A DNA stretch of 56,779 bases. It comes from an uncultured archaeon. Lineage in GTDB: Archaea > Aenigmatarchaeota > Aenigmatarchaeia > Aenigmatarchaeales > DAIDAN01. This document shows, piece after piece, positions 21,726 through 31,261 of this stretch. The notes under the pieces were generated by a model that made no database searches, was not told where the DNA came from, and was given only the letters and a program-made list of their open reading frames with translations. The translations under genes were made by a program, and so were the position numbers. The stretch's first letter is position 1. Each line of letters starts with the position of its first letter. The stretch covers positions 1 through 56,779 of the forward strand of contig CAZJGC010000004.1 in NCBI GenBank assembly GCA_964545795.1. The letters run 5' to 3'.

Positions 21726-22511
21726 ATGAGGAGAGTAATAGGAATTGTAAGTGGAAAAGGCGGCGTTGGCAAAACAACTGTTACCATAAATCTTGGAGCT
21801 GCTCTTGCCGCGATTGGCAAAAAAGTAACTATTATAGATTGCAATATTACGACATCTCACATGGGAGCTTATCTTGGCATGTATTATTGTCCTGTTACAA
21901 TAAATCAGGTATTGAGAGGCGAAGCTGATATAGATGAGATAATATATGAACATCATAGCGGAATGAAAGTTATTCCTGCTTCTCTTAAAATTGAAGACAT
22001 GAAAGGAATTGATTTTATAAAATTAAAGGAAGTTATAAATAAACTCAGCGATGATGGAATAGTGTTGCTTGATTCTTCTCCCGGGCTTGGAAGGGAAGCA
22101 TCTATAACAATACAGGCAAGCAATGAAATATTGTATGTTTCAACGCTTTACATTCCTTCAATTATAGATGTTCTGAAATGCAAGGAAATATCAAAGGAGT
22201 TTGGAGCAAAACATATAGGTCTTGTTCTTAATATGGTAACGGGAGAAAGTTATGAACTTGCAAAGAGGGATGCAGAAGAGTTAACAGGTTTGGACGTGGT
22301 TTCTGTAATCCCTTTTGACAAAAATATACAGAGAAGTCTTGCTGCAAATGCAATAACAGTCCAAAGATTCCCTTCAAGCAAAAGTTCTGTTGCATTCAAA
22401 AAACTTGCGGCTTTCATAGTTAATGAGGAGTATAAGGAAACATTTATTGAGAAAATAAGAAACATGTTTGTTTTCGGTCCAAGTTCGTTTATTAAAAAAT
22501 TTAAAAGGTGA
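21726..22511 (+). CDS. minD: MinD/ParA family ATPase
   Basis: Deviant Walker A SGKGGVGKTT, IIDCN, LLDSSPG, C-terminal amphipathic tail. Confidence 0.88.
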   Translation: MRRVIGIVSGKGGVGKTTVTINLGAALAAIGKKVTIIDCNITTSHMGAYLGMYYCPVTINQVLRGEADIDEIIYEHHSGMKVIPASLKIEDMKGIDFIKLKEVINKLSDDGIVLLDSSPGLGREASITIQASNEILYVSTLYIPSIIDVLKCKEISKEFGAKHIGLVLNMVTGESYELAKRDAEELTGLDVVSVIPFDKNIQRSLAANAITVQRFPSSKSSVAFKKLAAFIVNEEYKETFIEKIRNMFVFGPSSFIKKFKR

Positions 22512-22515
22512 TTGC

Positions 22516-22698
22516 GTGGGATACAAATATAAAAACAAAAAAGGCGTGGAGTATTGGCTTCATGCAAGGGGCAGTTTGTTGTTTTTTTCAAGAGACCCTG
22601 AGGACTCTGTTAATCTGCCAAGAGGCATGACTGTTGTAGAGAATGAACGCACAGGCTTGCCCATGGTAAAAAAGAAAGAGAAGAAGGGATGGTTTTAG
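22516..22698 (+). CDS. Small basic conserved hypothetical protein (~60 aa)
   Basis: GGTGA RBS then GTG at 22516, in frame with the track ORF; Y.L...LFFS...VVENERTGLPMVKK motif. Confidence 0.7.
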   Translation: MGYKYKNKKGVEYWLHARGSLLFFSRDPEDSVNLPRGMTVVENERTGLPMVKKKEKKGWF

Positions 22699-22719
22699 TT
22701 CAGTTGCAGGGTTTGATAT

Positions 22720-23805
22720 ATGTCAAGAAAGTTTATTACAGATTTGGAAGGCCCTTTTTCAAAAGACGACAATGCTTTTGATTTGGCGAAATATTTCATG
22801 CCTAACGGCGAAAAGTTTTTTAAAAAACTAAGCGCTTATGATGACTTTGTTGCAGATATAGATAAGAGGAGAGACTATAAGGCAGGAAGCACGCTAAAAA
22901 TGTTAGCACCTTTTCTTATTGCTTATGGAGCAAATTCGGACAGCTTGAGGCATTTTTCTCTAAAAAATATTCATATGCTTCCAGGCTCAAAAGATACCTT
23001 GAAATATATAGGCAGTAAAATGGAGTCGTTTATAGTAAGCACGAGTTATGAACCTTATGTTCATGCAGTGTGCGATGTCGTGGGATTTCCCAAAGAACAT
23101 GCATATTGCACAAAGTTGGATATTGATAAATATAAAATTAGCAGCAGGGAGGCTGAAAAGTTAAAGTCTTATGTTGCAGAGATTAACAAACTTCCTGACG
23201 TAATTCTTCCTGATAATGCTAAAAGCATGGAAGATATTCCTGAAGATAGTCTAAAAACAATAAAGAGGTTAGATGAAATTTTTTATGATGAGATGGACGG
23301 CACAGAGCCAGGTTTTATAATTAATGAAATAAATCCTGTGGGAGGCATTGGAAAGGCTGACGCAATTCTGGATATTCTAAATGAAACAGGAAATAGTATT
23401 TGTGATGTTTTTTATGTCGGAGACAGCATAACTGATGCTGATGCAATGAAATTAGTTAATAACGGCGGAGGCTTAACTGTTTCTGTCAACGGAAATAAGT
23501 ATGCTGTTCGGGAAGCACGTATAGGATGCATGGCGGATAATACGTTTTTAATTGCTGTTCTTGCAGATGCCTTTGACAATTGCGGAAAGGAGTATGTTGA
23601 AATGCTTGCAGAGAATTGGAGTATAGATATGTTAAAGCAAGAGGCGGATGATAATAAATTGAATAAGAGGTTGTTAGATGTTGAAAAATTTGTTGAAGGC
23701 GGAGAAGTTGTTTTGTTGAGCAATGAAAACAGGGAAGAGTTTGCTGCAAGAAGTTCTGAATACAGAAAAAATGTAAGAGGAGAGAAAGTTGGAAATCTTG
23801 GATAA
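22720..23805 (+). CDS. HAD-superfamily hydrolase of the EhaR-like (COG4030) type
   Basis: TDLEGPFSKDDNAF, IVSTSY, YVGDSITD, SVNGNKYA motifs. Confidence 0.75.
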   Translation: MSRKFITDLEGPFSKDDNAFDLAKYFMPNGEKFFKKLSAYDDFVADIDKRRDYKAGSTLKMLAPFLIAYGANSDSLRHFSLKNIHMLPGSKDTLKYIGSKMESFIVSTSYEPYVHAVCDVVGFPKEHAYCTKLDIDKYKISSREAEKLKSYVAEINKLPDVILPDNAKSMEDIPEDSLKTIKRLDEIFYDEMDGTEPGFIINEINPVGGIGKADAILDILNETGNSICDVFYVGDSITDADAMKLVNNGGGLTVSVNGNKYAVREARIGCMADNTFLIAVLADAFDNCGKEYVEMLAENWSIDMLKQEADDNKLNKRLLDVEKFVEGGEVVLLSNENREEFAARSSEYRKNVRGEKVGNLG

Positions 23806-23851
23806 ATGAGCGGTGATAACTTTATATATTACCTTTTTTAAAATAAGGTTT

Positions 23852-23915
23852 GCTCACATATTTGACGCGCGCGCATGGTTGGGTAGCTCCCAACCAGCCT
23901 TCGAAGGCAATGCAT
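23852..23915. other. GC-rich structured intergenic element (two hairpins)
   Basis: TGGTTGGG/CCCAACCA stem 23876-23896 and palindrome GCCTTCGAAGGC 23897-23908. Confidence 0.4.
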
Positions 23916-23948
23916 AATTTTATTTATTCTTTAAAACAAATAAATATT

Positions 23949-24170
23949 GTGGCTAAAAAGGCGAAAATTAAAACTGTGAATAGAGCATATGAATCTGACA
24001 CAATTTTCTGCAGGCGCGGCCATCTCATGCGTCCCGAAGAGGTAGAGTATGAAGGCGAAAAGACAACTCTTTCTTATTGCAGAAAGTGCGACGAATATTA
24101 TAAATTGTCTGGCGTGGATTTGTCTTTTAAAGAGAAAATTAAAACAAGGAAAACGATAATAATAGAATGA
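23949..24170 (+). CDS. Small Zn-ribbon protein
   Basis: CRRGH...YCRKC; GTG at 23949 is a more plausible start than 23850. Confidence 0.6.
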   Translation: MAKKAKIKTVNRAYESDTIFCRRGHLMRPEEVEYEGEKTTLSYCRKCDEYYKLSGVDLSFKEKIKTRKTIIIE

Positions 24171-24172
24171 AG

Positions 24173-24820
24173 TTATTTATTAAATTTTTTTATTATCTTG
24201 TATGCAAAAGCAGCAGCCCCAAAACCATTGTCAATGTTAACTACTGCAATTCCCGGGGAGCATGAGTTTAGCATAGAAAGCAAAGCGGATATGCCATTCA
24301 GGCCTGTGCCATAACCTACAGATGTTGGAACTGCTATTATTGGCTGTTTTACAAGACCGCTTAGCACTGATGGAAGCGCTCCTTCCATGCCTGCAACAAC
24401 TATCAAAACATCAATTTTGTCTTTATTTTCTAATACTGGTTTTATTCTGTGAATTCCTGCAATGCCGCAGTCATAAAATCTGTGGACATTCAGTCCGAAA
24501 AATTCGCAGCAAAGAGCGGATTCTTCTGCTACAAAATAATCAGAAGAGCCAGCGGAAACTACGCCAACAGAACCAATTTTTTTATTTTCTTCGCCAATAA
24601 TGCAGACTCCGCATTCTGTGTCTGTTTTTGCCTGTTTGAAATTTTTCTTCAGCAGTTCTAACTGTTCTTTTGTGCATTTTGTAACAAGCACTCTTCCATT
24701 GGTTTCAAGAAGTTTTCTTACTGCGGTCAATAAAGAACTGTTGGTTTTGAATTTTGCAAAAACAACTTCAGGTATGTTTACTCTGTTTTGCCTGCCTGCA
24801 TCAATGTTTACGTTGTTCAT
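24173..24820 (-). CDS. larB: LarB, nickel-pincer cofactor biosynthesis carboxylase (PurE-like)
   Basis: PEVVF, SAGSSD, VAGMEGALPSV, VPTSVGYG, MLNSC.PG..VVNIDNGFGAA. Confidence 0.93.
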   Translation of the reverse strand: MNNVNIDAGRQNRVNIPEVVFAKFKTNSSLLTAVRKLLETNGRVLVTKCTKEQLELLKKNFKQAKTDTECGVCIIGEENKKIGSVGVVSAGSSDYFVAEESALCCEFFGLNVHRFYDCGIAGIHRIKPVLENKDKIDVLIVVAGMEGALPSVLSGLVKQPIIAVPTSVGYGTGLNGISALLSMLNSCSPGIAVVNIDNGFGAAAFAYKIIKKFNK

Positions 24821-25595
24821 TCATACTACCTGTTCTGTATCCTTCAAGGTCCAATGTTACATATCTGAATCCAAGATTTTTTATTTTCACTGCAATTGGT
24901 TTTAGTTTTTTCAAACTTGGATTTCCGTCTATTTCTATTCTTGCTATGTCTTCATGAATTCTTACTCTTGCGTTTTTGTAGTCTTTTAGCAATCTTTCTG
25001 CTTTTTCTATTTTCTTAAGTTTTTCTTTTGTTATTTTCTCCCCGTATGCTATTCTTGATGCAAAGCATGGAGATGCTGGTTTGTTCCATGTTTCCAAGCC
25101 AAGTTTTTTTGAGAGTTTTCTTATGTCTTCTTTTCCGAGTTTTGCTTCAAGCAGCGGGCTTTGAATTCCAAGTTCTTTCTTGGCTTCTAAACCGGGTCTA
25201 TAGTCTTTTATATCATCAAAATTTGTGCCGTCAAGAATGTTTGTTATGTTCATTTCTTTGGATATCTTTCTGAGCATAGAGAACAATTCTTTTTTGCAAA
25301 AGTAGCATCTGTTTTTTGGATTTTCAATAAATTTTTTGTTTTTCATTTCATTTGTTTTGATAAACATGTGTTTTATTTTTATTTTCTTTGCAATTCGTTT
25401 CGCTGACTTTAAATCTTCAGGAGGATATGTTTCAGATACTGCGGTTACTGCTATGGCTTTATTGCCGAGAACATCTCTGCAGACCTTTGCAAGGAATGAA
25501 CTGTCTACTCCGCCAGAAAATGCAATAATGGCTGAATCCATTTTGCTAATATTTCTTTTTAGCATTTCATATTTTTCCATAAGCATTTTTTTCAC
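24801..25595 (-). CDS. larE: LarE, ATP-dependent sulfur transferase (PP-loop)
   Basis: AFSGGVDS, RCYFCK, DGTNFDD..DYRPG, PCFASR, YVTLDLEGYRTGSMN. Confidence 0.93.
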   Translation of the reverse strand: MKKMLMEKYEMLKRNISKMDSAIIAFSGGVDSSFLAKVCRDVLGNKAIAVTAVSETYPPEDLKSAKRIAKKIKIKHMFIKTNEMKNKKFIENPKNRCYFCKKELFSMLRKISKEMNITNILDGTNFDDIKDYRPGLEAKKELGIQSPLLEAKLGKEDIRKLSKKLGLETWNKPASPCFASRIAYGEKITKEKLKKIEKAERLLKDYKNARVRIHEDIARIEIDGNPSLKKLKPIAVKIKNLGFRYVTLDLEGYRTGSMNEQRKH

Positions 25596-25659
25596 AATTT
25601 TATCTATTGGAAGGAAAATTTATAACTTTAATAGTAAAATACTTAAGCAGTGAAAAATA

Positions 25660-27684
25660 TTGACAAATATGAGAGAATATGTTTTGTTTGCGCTCTTGCT
25701 GATTATTTTGTCTGCTTTTTATGCTTTTATGTCAAACTTTGAGGTTTATAGCAGCGAAAGCAATATTGGGAGGTTTTCTTCTTACCAGGAGCTTGAGAAA
25801 TTTGTGTCCCAAAACAGCGTTTCAGAGGGTTTTGCTTTTGGTATGAGAAAGGAACTTGGCGGCGCTGAAGTTATGCAGACCTTTCAGGAAGAGAGTCAGA
25901 CAGCAAAATCCGGCAGCGCAAGTGAAGGAGCAAGCGAATTTTCAAAAACAAATATTCAGGTTGAGGGGGTTGACGAGGCAGATATTGTTAAAACAGATGG
26001 AAAGTATATTTATGTTATTTCGGGAAACAGCGTGGTTATTTTAGATGCTTATCCTGCCGAGAAAGCAAAAATAGTATCTGAGATAAATCTGACAGGAATT
26101 CCCTTTGAGATGTTCCTAAATAAAGATGTGCTTGTTGTTATAGGAAATAAGAGGCAACAGCAAAACAGGTATAGTTCAAGCACATTCATAAATGTTTATG
26201 ATGTTTCGGACAGAAGCAATCCTGTCCTAAAAAGAAATGTTAGCGTAGACGGGTATTATTTTGATTCAAGAATGATAAATGATTATGTTTATGTTATATC
26301 AAACGAGCCTGTATATAGAATTGGCAATATTATCCAATTGCCTGTAATATATTACGGCGGCATTGCAAGAAAGGTTCTTGCTACTGAAATATACTATTTT
26401 AACAATCCTGACAATTCATTTGAGTTTGTTAATATAATTTCATTAAATACTCATAATAATGAGGAGGTAAAAAGCAAAACATTCTTAATGGGATATGCCC
26501 AGAATATGTATGTCTCCGTGAATAACATATATGTTGTATATCAGAAAAGAGTAAACGAAATTCAAATATATAACAAAATAATTGATGAAGCAATTATTCC
26601 TTTTGTTTCTTTTGAGACGCAGGCAAAAATAAAGGAAGTGCAAAACTCAAATCTTTCTGACTATGAAAAACTGCAGCGCATAAGCAAGACAGTTGATAAG
26701 TATCTTAAGTCTCTTGGTCCTGTTAATGGGGCAAAGGTTATGAAGGCAATTCAAAATAAGGCTGAAGAAATGCAAAAAGAAATTCTCAAGAAAATGGAAA
26801 AGACAGTTATTCATAAAATATCAGTAAATAACGGCAATATTGAATATAAGGCGAAGGGTGAAGTTCCAGGCAGGGTTCTTAATCAGTTTTCTATGGATGA
26901 ACGCAACGGTTATTTCAGGCTGGCTACTACTACAGGCAGATGGGCGGACGAACTATCAAATCATATGTATGTTCTTGATGATAATCTTAACGTTGTTGGA
27001 AAACTTGAGGATTTAGCTTCCGGTGAACGGATATATTCTGTGCGTTTCTTGGGAGAAAAGGCTTATATGGTAACATTCAGGCAGGTTGACCCGTTGTTTG
27101 TTATAGATTTGTCAGATCCGCAGAATCCTAAGGTTCTTGGATATCTGAAAATAGAAGGCGTTTCTGACTATTTGCACCCTTATGATGAAAATCACTTAAT
27201 CGGGATTGGAAAAGATGCAACGGATAAAGGAGTAATAAAGGGAATGAAAGTTTCTCTTTTTGACGTGTCAGATTTTTCAAGCCCTAAAGAAATTTCAAAA
27301 TATGTAATAGGAGAAAGAGGCACAACTTCAGAAGCGTTGTATGACCACAAGGCATTCTTGTTTGATAAAAAGAAAAAACTGCTTGTAATACCTGTAAGAG
27401 TTGCTAAGGATGGAAAATGGAACGCATTTAACGGGGCTTATGTTTTTAACATTGATTTGGACAACGGAATTTTGTTGAAGGGAAATATAACGCATAGAAA
27501 TAAAAAGGATTCTGTCAATTATGACTTTTATTCTATAATAAGAAGGTCGCTTTACATAGACAATATGCTTTATACTGTTTCACAAAGAATGATAAAGATG
27601 AATAGGCTTTCAGATTTGTCTGAAGTCAACAGCATAAGTTTGCCTTATGTAAACAGAATAATATTGGAATTAAGTAAGAATTAA
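25660..27684 (+). CDS. Secreted beta-propeller domain protein (COG4880-like)
   Basis: N-terminal hydrophobic anchor; FSKTNIQVEGVDEADIVKTDG; LNQFSMDE; ERIYSVRF; VTFRQVDPLFVIDL. Confidence 0.88.
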   Translation: MTNMREYVLFALLLIILSAFYAFMSNFEVYSSESNIGRFSSYQELEKFVSQNSVSEGFAFGMRKELGGAEVMQTFQEESQTAKSGSASEGASEFSKTNIQVEGVDEADIVKTDGKYIYVISGNSVVILDAYPAEKAKIVSEINLTGIPFEMFLNKDVLVVIGNKRQQQNRYSSSTFINVYDVSDRSNPVLKRNVSVDGYYFDSRMINDYVYVISNEPVYRIGNIIQLPVIYYGGIARKVLATEIYYFNNPDNSFEFVNIISLNTHNNEEVKSKTFLMGYAQNMYVSVNNIYVVYQKRVNEIQIYNKIIDEAIIPFVSFETQAKIKEVQNSNLSDYEKLQRISKTVDKYLKSLGPVNGAKVMKAIQNKAEEMQKEILKKMEKTVIHKISVNNGNIEYKAKGEVPGRVLNQFSMDERNGYFRLATTTGRWADELSNHMYVLDDNLNVVGKLEDLASGERIYSVRFLGEKAYMVTFRQVDPLFVIDLSDPQNPKVLGYLKIEGVSDYLHPYDENHLIGIGKDATDKGVIKGMKVSLFDVSDFSSPKEISKYVIGERGTTSEALYDHKAFLFDKKKKLLVIPVRVAKDGKWNAFNGAYVFNIDLDNGILLKGNITHRNKKDSVNYDFYSIIRRSLYIDNMLYTVSQRMIKMNRLSDLSEVNSISLPYVNRIILELSKN

Positions 27685-30012
27685 ATCCTTTTCTGAAATG
27701 TTGAAGACCTGAAGCACGCGGAGGGCGGCAGGAATAATCTGGTTATTTATATAATAATCTTCATCTATCATGTCAATTGTAGCATATTCTATGGGCTCTG
27801 CTCTGTCAGATATTGAACCTGAACCTTTTGTTATTACATATACAACAACCATGCCCGCTCCTATAGGTTTTCCCTGTTTTTTTAATTTTTGCGCAGCGCG
27901 CACATGCGGTCCAATTTGTTTGTATTGGGATAATGGCATTACAAGCTGTTCGTGTATTGCCAAATCATGCAGAGAAACTTTTTTCTGCCTGATTTTTTGT
28001 ATAACTGATTTTGTATATTTGATTGCCGCATCTTTGTCGTTGTATTGAAGTATAAATTTCAGCACATTTTCCTGCGTGTCTTTTGCTATGTTGCTCCAAT
28101 CCTTTCTTACCTTTTCAAGCCCGTGTATTGTCATTTTGTTTTCTTCATCTATGAGAGCATATCTTTTTTTCGCAACGCCTTTTGTTTTAGGTATGAAAAT
28201 ACCGCGTTTGTAAATTCCCTGCAGGCTTAATTCCATTATTCCGGGCAATGATTTATTTACTTTGTCAAGAAATTTGTTTGCTTTGTTTTTTATTGAGTTT
28301 CCGCTTTTAAGTTTTACAAAACAACTGTCAGTGTCAGCATAAATTACTGAAAAACCTTCTTTTTCTGCTTCAGATATTATCTTTTTTATGAAATATCTTC
28401 CAAAAGCCGCGGCGCTTTCCGCGCATTCGTAGCAATACCATTTTGAACTTGGAAATGCGAGGTATCCATAGCAGGCGTTTGTTATGGTTTTCAGCGCGCT
28501 CTGCCTTATGTCAAGCATTTTTCTTTCTTTTGCTTTGCGCATTTGCTTTTTGAGTTCAATTCTTTTTTCAATAAGCTCTCTTATTTGTTTTGAAACAAAA
28601 CCTTCTTTTTTTGAGAACCAGTGAGCAGAGCCCGGCACCTTGAATCCATCTTCTTTATTTCCTGAATCCAAAGTTTCAGGAGAAATATTGAATGATGCAA
28701 TTATGCTTGGATAAAGCGAGCGGAAGTCAAAAACAGCAATGTTTTCATGCATTCCGGCTATGGGCTCCTTTACATAACCTCCCGTATATTTTTTTCTTGT
28801 TCTGCGTTTTTGGACTTCGTCCCATTTTGGCTGGTTAGGAATTATGTAGTCAGGGAATGCTTTTCTTGACAGATACCATTCAACAATCTGCGAAAAGGTC
28901 ATGCGCGAAACATCAAATATTGTCTGACCCACGAGTTTTGACAGTTCAAATATGTGCGGAAGAATGAATTCGCCAAGTTTCAGAGTGAGTTGTGAATCTT
29001 TAAGGCAATATTCTGCAAGCTTTGAGAGGTCATTTTCCTTATGCCATGTTTCATTTATTTCTTCAATTGCAATATCAATTTTTTTGTCTCCCAGAATTTC
29101 AGAAGCTACCGCGCTGAGGTTTAGCGTTTCTGTCTGAAGTTGCGGCGCAAGTATATTGCTGATAAACCTAAATAAATCTATATGAACAATTCCTGCAATG
29201 CGGGCAGATGATGTTCTTACGCGCCTTTCAAATTTTACCGGAGTATTGTCTCTGCCGATATTCAGGTTTATTTTAAGAGATTTTGCGCGCTCCTGCATAA
29301 TCTGAAAATCAAACGCATCTCCATTGTAAGTGAGCAAAATATCAGGATTCTGCTCCTGAATTATTTTTATAAAGTATTCAATCATTTCCTTTTCGTCTTT
29401 CATGATTTCTGCGTGCTTGAATGAAGTTTTTCTGTATGTTATTATTTTATTGAAATTTCTTCCGGCGACAGAAATCATTATTATTTTATTGTCTGCTGTT
29501 TCAATATCAAATGACATTATTTTCATGTCTGGAAGTTTTTTCTCTGCATTAACAGATTCTACTTGTTTGGATAAGAAAATTTCATCATTCTTTTTTGCTT
29601 CTGCTTCAAGCCATCCTGCTCCTGAGAATTGCTTGTCTATAAGATACCTTCTGTAAAAATTTATAGTATATTCATACTGCTCTTTTACGTTTTTCAATCT
29701 CTTCACATAATCTCTTAATTTGGGGATATTTTGCGGAAGATTGGAAAAAATTTTCAAAACTCTTTGCTTCTTTCCATCTATTATTTTTTCTTCTTCTGAT
29801 ATTTTTGTTATGTCTGCGTCTTTTATTTTTTGTTTCAGTTTTTGTATTTCCTTTTTTGCTTCATCAATGTTTTTTGGCAAAACATAAAAGTACGGTTCAT
29901 ATTCTGTTAGTACGCATACCTGCTTTTTGCCGTTTGTTCCCCATAATCTTATGCATGCTTTGTTGTTTTTTTCTATATAATCTGCATCAAGCAGGCAGAA
30001 CTGCAATTTCAT
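27670..30012 (-). CDS. polB: Family B DNA polymerase
   Basis: Exo motifs FDIET and YNGDAFDF; pol motifs DFRSLYPSII, K...N..YGY, YADTDS. Confidence 0.96.
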   Translation of the reverse strand: MKLQFCLLDADYIEKNNKACIRLWGTNGKKQVCVLTEYEPYFYVLPKNIDEAKKEIQKLKQKIKDADITKISEEEKIIDGKKQRVLKIFSNLPQNIPKLRDYVKRLKNVKEQYEYTINFYRRYLIDKQFSGAGWLEAEAKKNDEIFLSKQVESVNAEKKLPDMKIMSFDIETADNKIIMISVAGRNFNKIITYRKTSFKHAEIMKDEKEMIEYFIKIIQEQNPDILLTYNGDAFDFQIMQERAKSLKINLNIGRDNTPVKFERRVRTSSARIAGIVHIDLFRFISNILAPQLQTETLNLSAVASEILGDKKIDIAIEEINETWHKENDLSKLAEYCLKDSQLTLKLGEFILPHIFELSKLVGQTIFDVSRMTFSQIVEWYLSRKAFPDYIIPNQPKWDEVQKRRTRKKYTGGYVKEPIAGMHENIAVFDFRSLYPSIIASFNISPETLDSGNKEDGFKVPGSAHWFSKKEGFVSKQIRELIEKRIELKKQMRKAKERKMLDIRQSALKTITNACYGYLAFPSSKWYCYECAESAAAFGRYFIKKIISEAEKEGFSVIYADTDSCFVKLKSGNSIKNKANKFLDKVNKSLPGIMELSLQGIYKRGIFIPKTKGVAKKRYALIDEENKMTIHGLEKVRKDWSNIAKDTQENVLKFILQYNDKDAAIKYTKSVIQKIRQKKVSLHDLAIHEQLVMPLSQYKQIGPHVRAAQKLKKQGKPIGAGMVVVYVITKGSGSISDRAEPIEYATIDMIDEDYYINNQIIPAALRVLQVFNISEKDLILT

Positions 30013-30100
30013 AGATATAATTAATATTAGTCAAATAAAAAGAATTTGCCAATTATAGAAATAATATAAATTAACAAACATAATTATTAGTGGTGATTTT

Positions 30101-31258
30101 ATGCAAGAGAGAAATCTTTTTACTTCTGAGTCAGTTACTGAGGGGCATCCTGACAAAATCTGCGACCAGATATCAGATGCTGTGCTTGACGCAATATATT
30201 CGCAGGACCCGTATTCAAGGGTGGCTGTAGAAACAATGACAACTACAGGGTTGATAATAGTAGCAGGAGAAGTAAGCACTAATGCATATGTTGATGTGCA
30301 GGGCATAGTAAGAAACGTGATAAGGGATATAGGATATGATAATCCGGAATATGGTTTTGATGCCGACCAGTGCGCAGTTCTTATTTCGCTTCATGAACAG
30401 AGTCCTGATATTTCCCGCGGCGTTTTAAAATCTGAAAAACATGAGATAGGAGCAGGAGACCAGGGCATAATGTTCGGGTATGCTACTAATGAAACTCCTG
30501 AATTAATGCCTCTTCCAATTTCTCTTGCGCATAAACTTGCAATGAGGCTTACTGAGTGCAGAAAGAAAGGGATTATTCCCTGGTTAAGACCTGACGGAAA
30601 ATCGCAGGTTACAATTGAGTATGAGAATGGAAAACCTGTGAGTGCCCATACGATAGTAGTGTCTGCGCAGCACTCTCCTGATGTTTCCAATGAACAGATT
30701 AGAGAAGAAATTATAGAAAAGGTTATAAAGCCTGTATGCGGAGAATGGCTTACTGACAATACAATTTTTCATATAAATCCTACAGGCAGGTTTGTGATAG
30801 GCGGGCCTCCCGCAGATTCGGGTTTGACAGGCAGGAAGATAATAGTTGATACTTACGGTGGTCAGGGAAGTCATGGGGGAGGCGCCTTTTCAGGCAAGGA
30901 CCCGTCCAAGGTTGACAGGTCGGCTTCTTATATGGCAAGGTACATAACCAAGAATATAGTTGCCGCAGGTCTTGCCAGCAAATGCGAAATCCAGATTTCA
31001 TACGCAATAGGCATTGCAGAGCCATTGTCTGTAATGTTAAATACTTTTGGCACGGAAAAGGTTCCGAAGGAGACAATAGAAAAACTTATAAGAAAACATT
31101 TTGACATGAGACCCGCGGCGATAATTGAGCAATTGAATTTAAGAAGGCCTATATACAGAAAGACAGCGTGCTATGGGCATTTTGGAAGAAATGAACCTGA
31201 CTTTACATGGGAAAAGACAGACAAAGCGGAAATTTTAAGGGAGGAGGCAGGACTTTGA
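30101..31258 (+). CDS. metK: S-adenosylmethionine synthetase, bacterial/eukaryotic type
   Basis: [35 protein letters not shown]; GGTGA RBS. Confidence 0.97.
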   Translation: MQERNLFTSESVTEGHPDKICDQISDAVLDAIYSQDPYSRVAVETMTTTGLIIVAGEVSTNAYVDVQGIVRNVIRDIGYDNPEYGFDADQCAVLISLHEQSPDISRGVLKSEKHEIGAGDQGIMFGYATNETPELMPLPISLAHKLAMRLTECRKKGIIPWLRPDGKSQVTIEYENGKPVSAHTIVVSAQHSPDVSNEQIREEIIEKVIKPVCGEWLTDNTIFHINPTGRFVIGGPPADSGLTGRKIIVDTYGGQGSHGGGAFSGKDPSKVDRSASYMARYITKNIVAAGLASKCEIQISYAIGIAEPLSVMLNTFGTEKVPKETIEKLIRKHFDMRPAAIIEQLNLRRPIYRKTACYGHFGRNEPDFTWEKTDKAEILREEAGL

Positions 31259-31261
31259 GAA

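Noticed and set aside
22720-23805. Energy-converting hydrogenase Eha operon
   Set aside because: Only the EhaR-like HAD protein is present; no hydrogenase subunits nearby.
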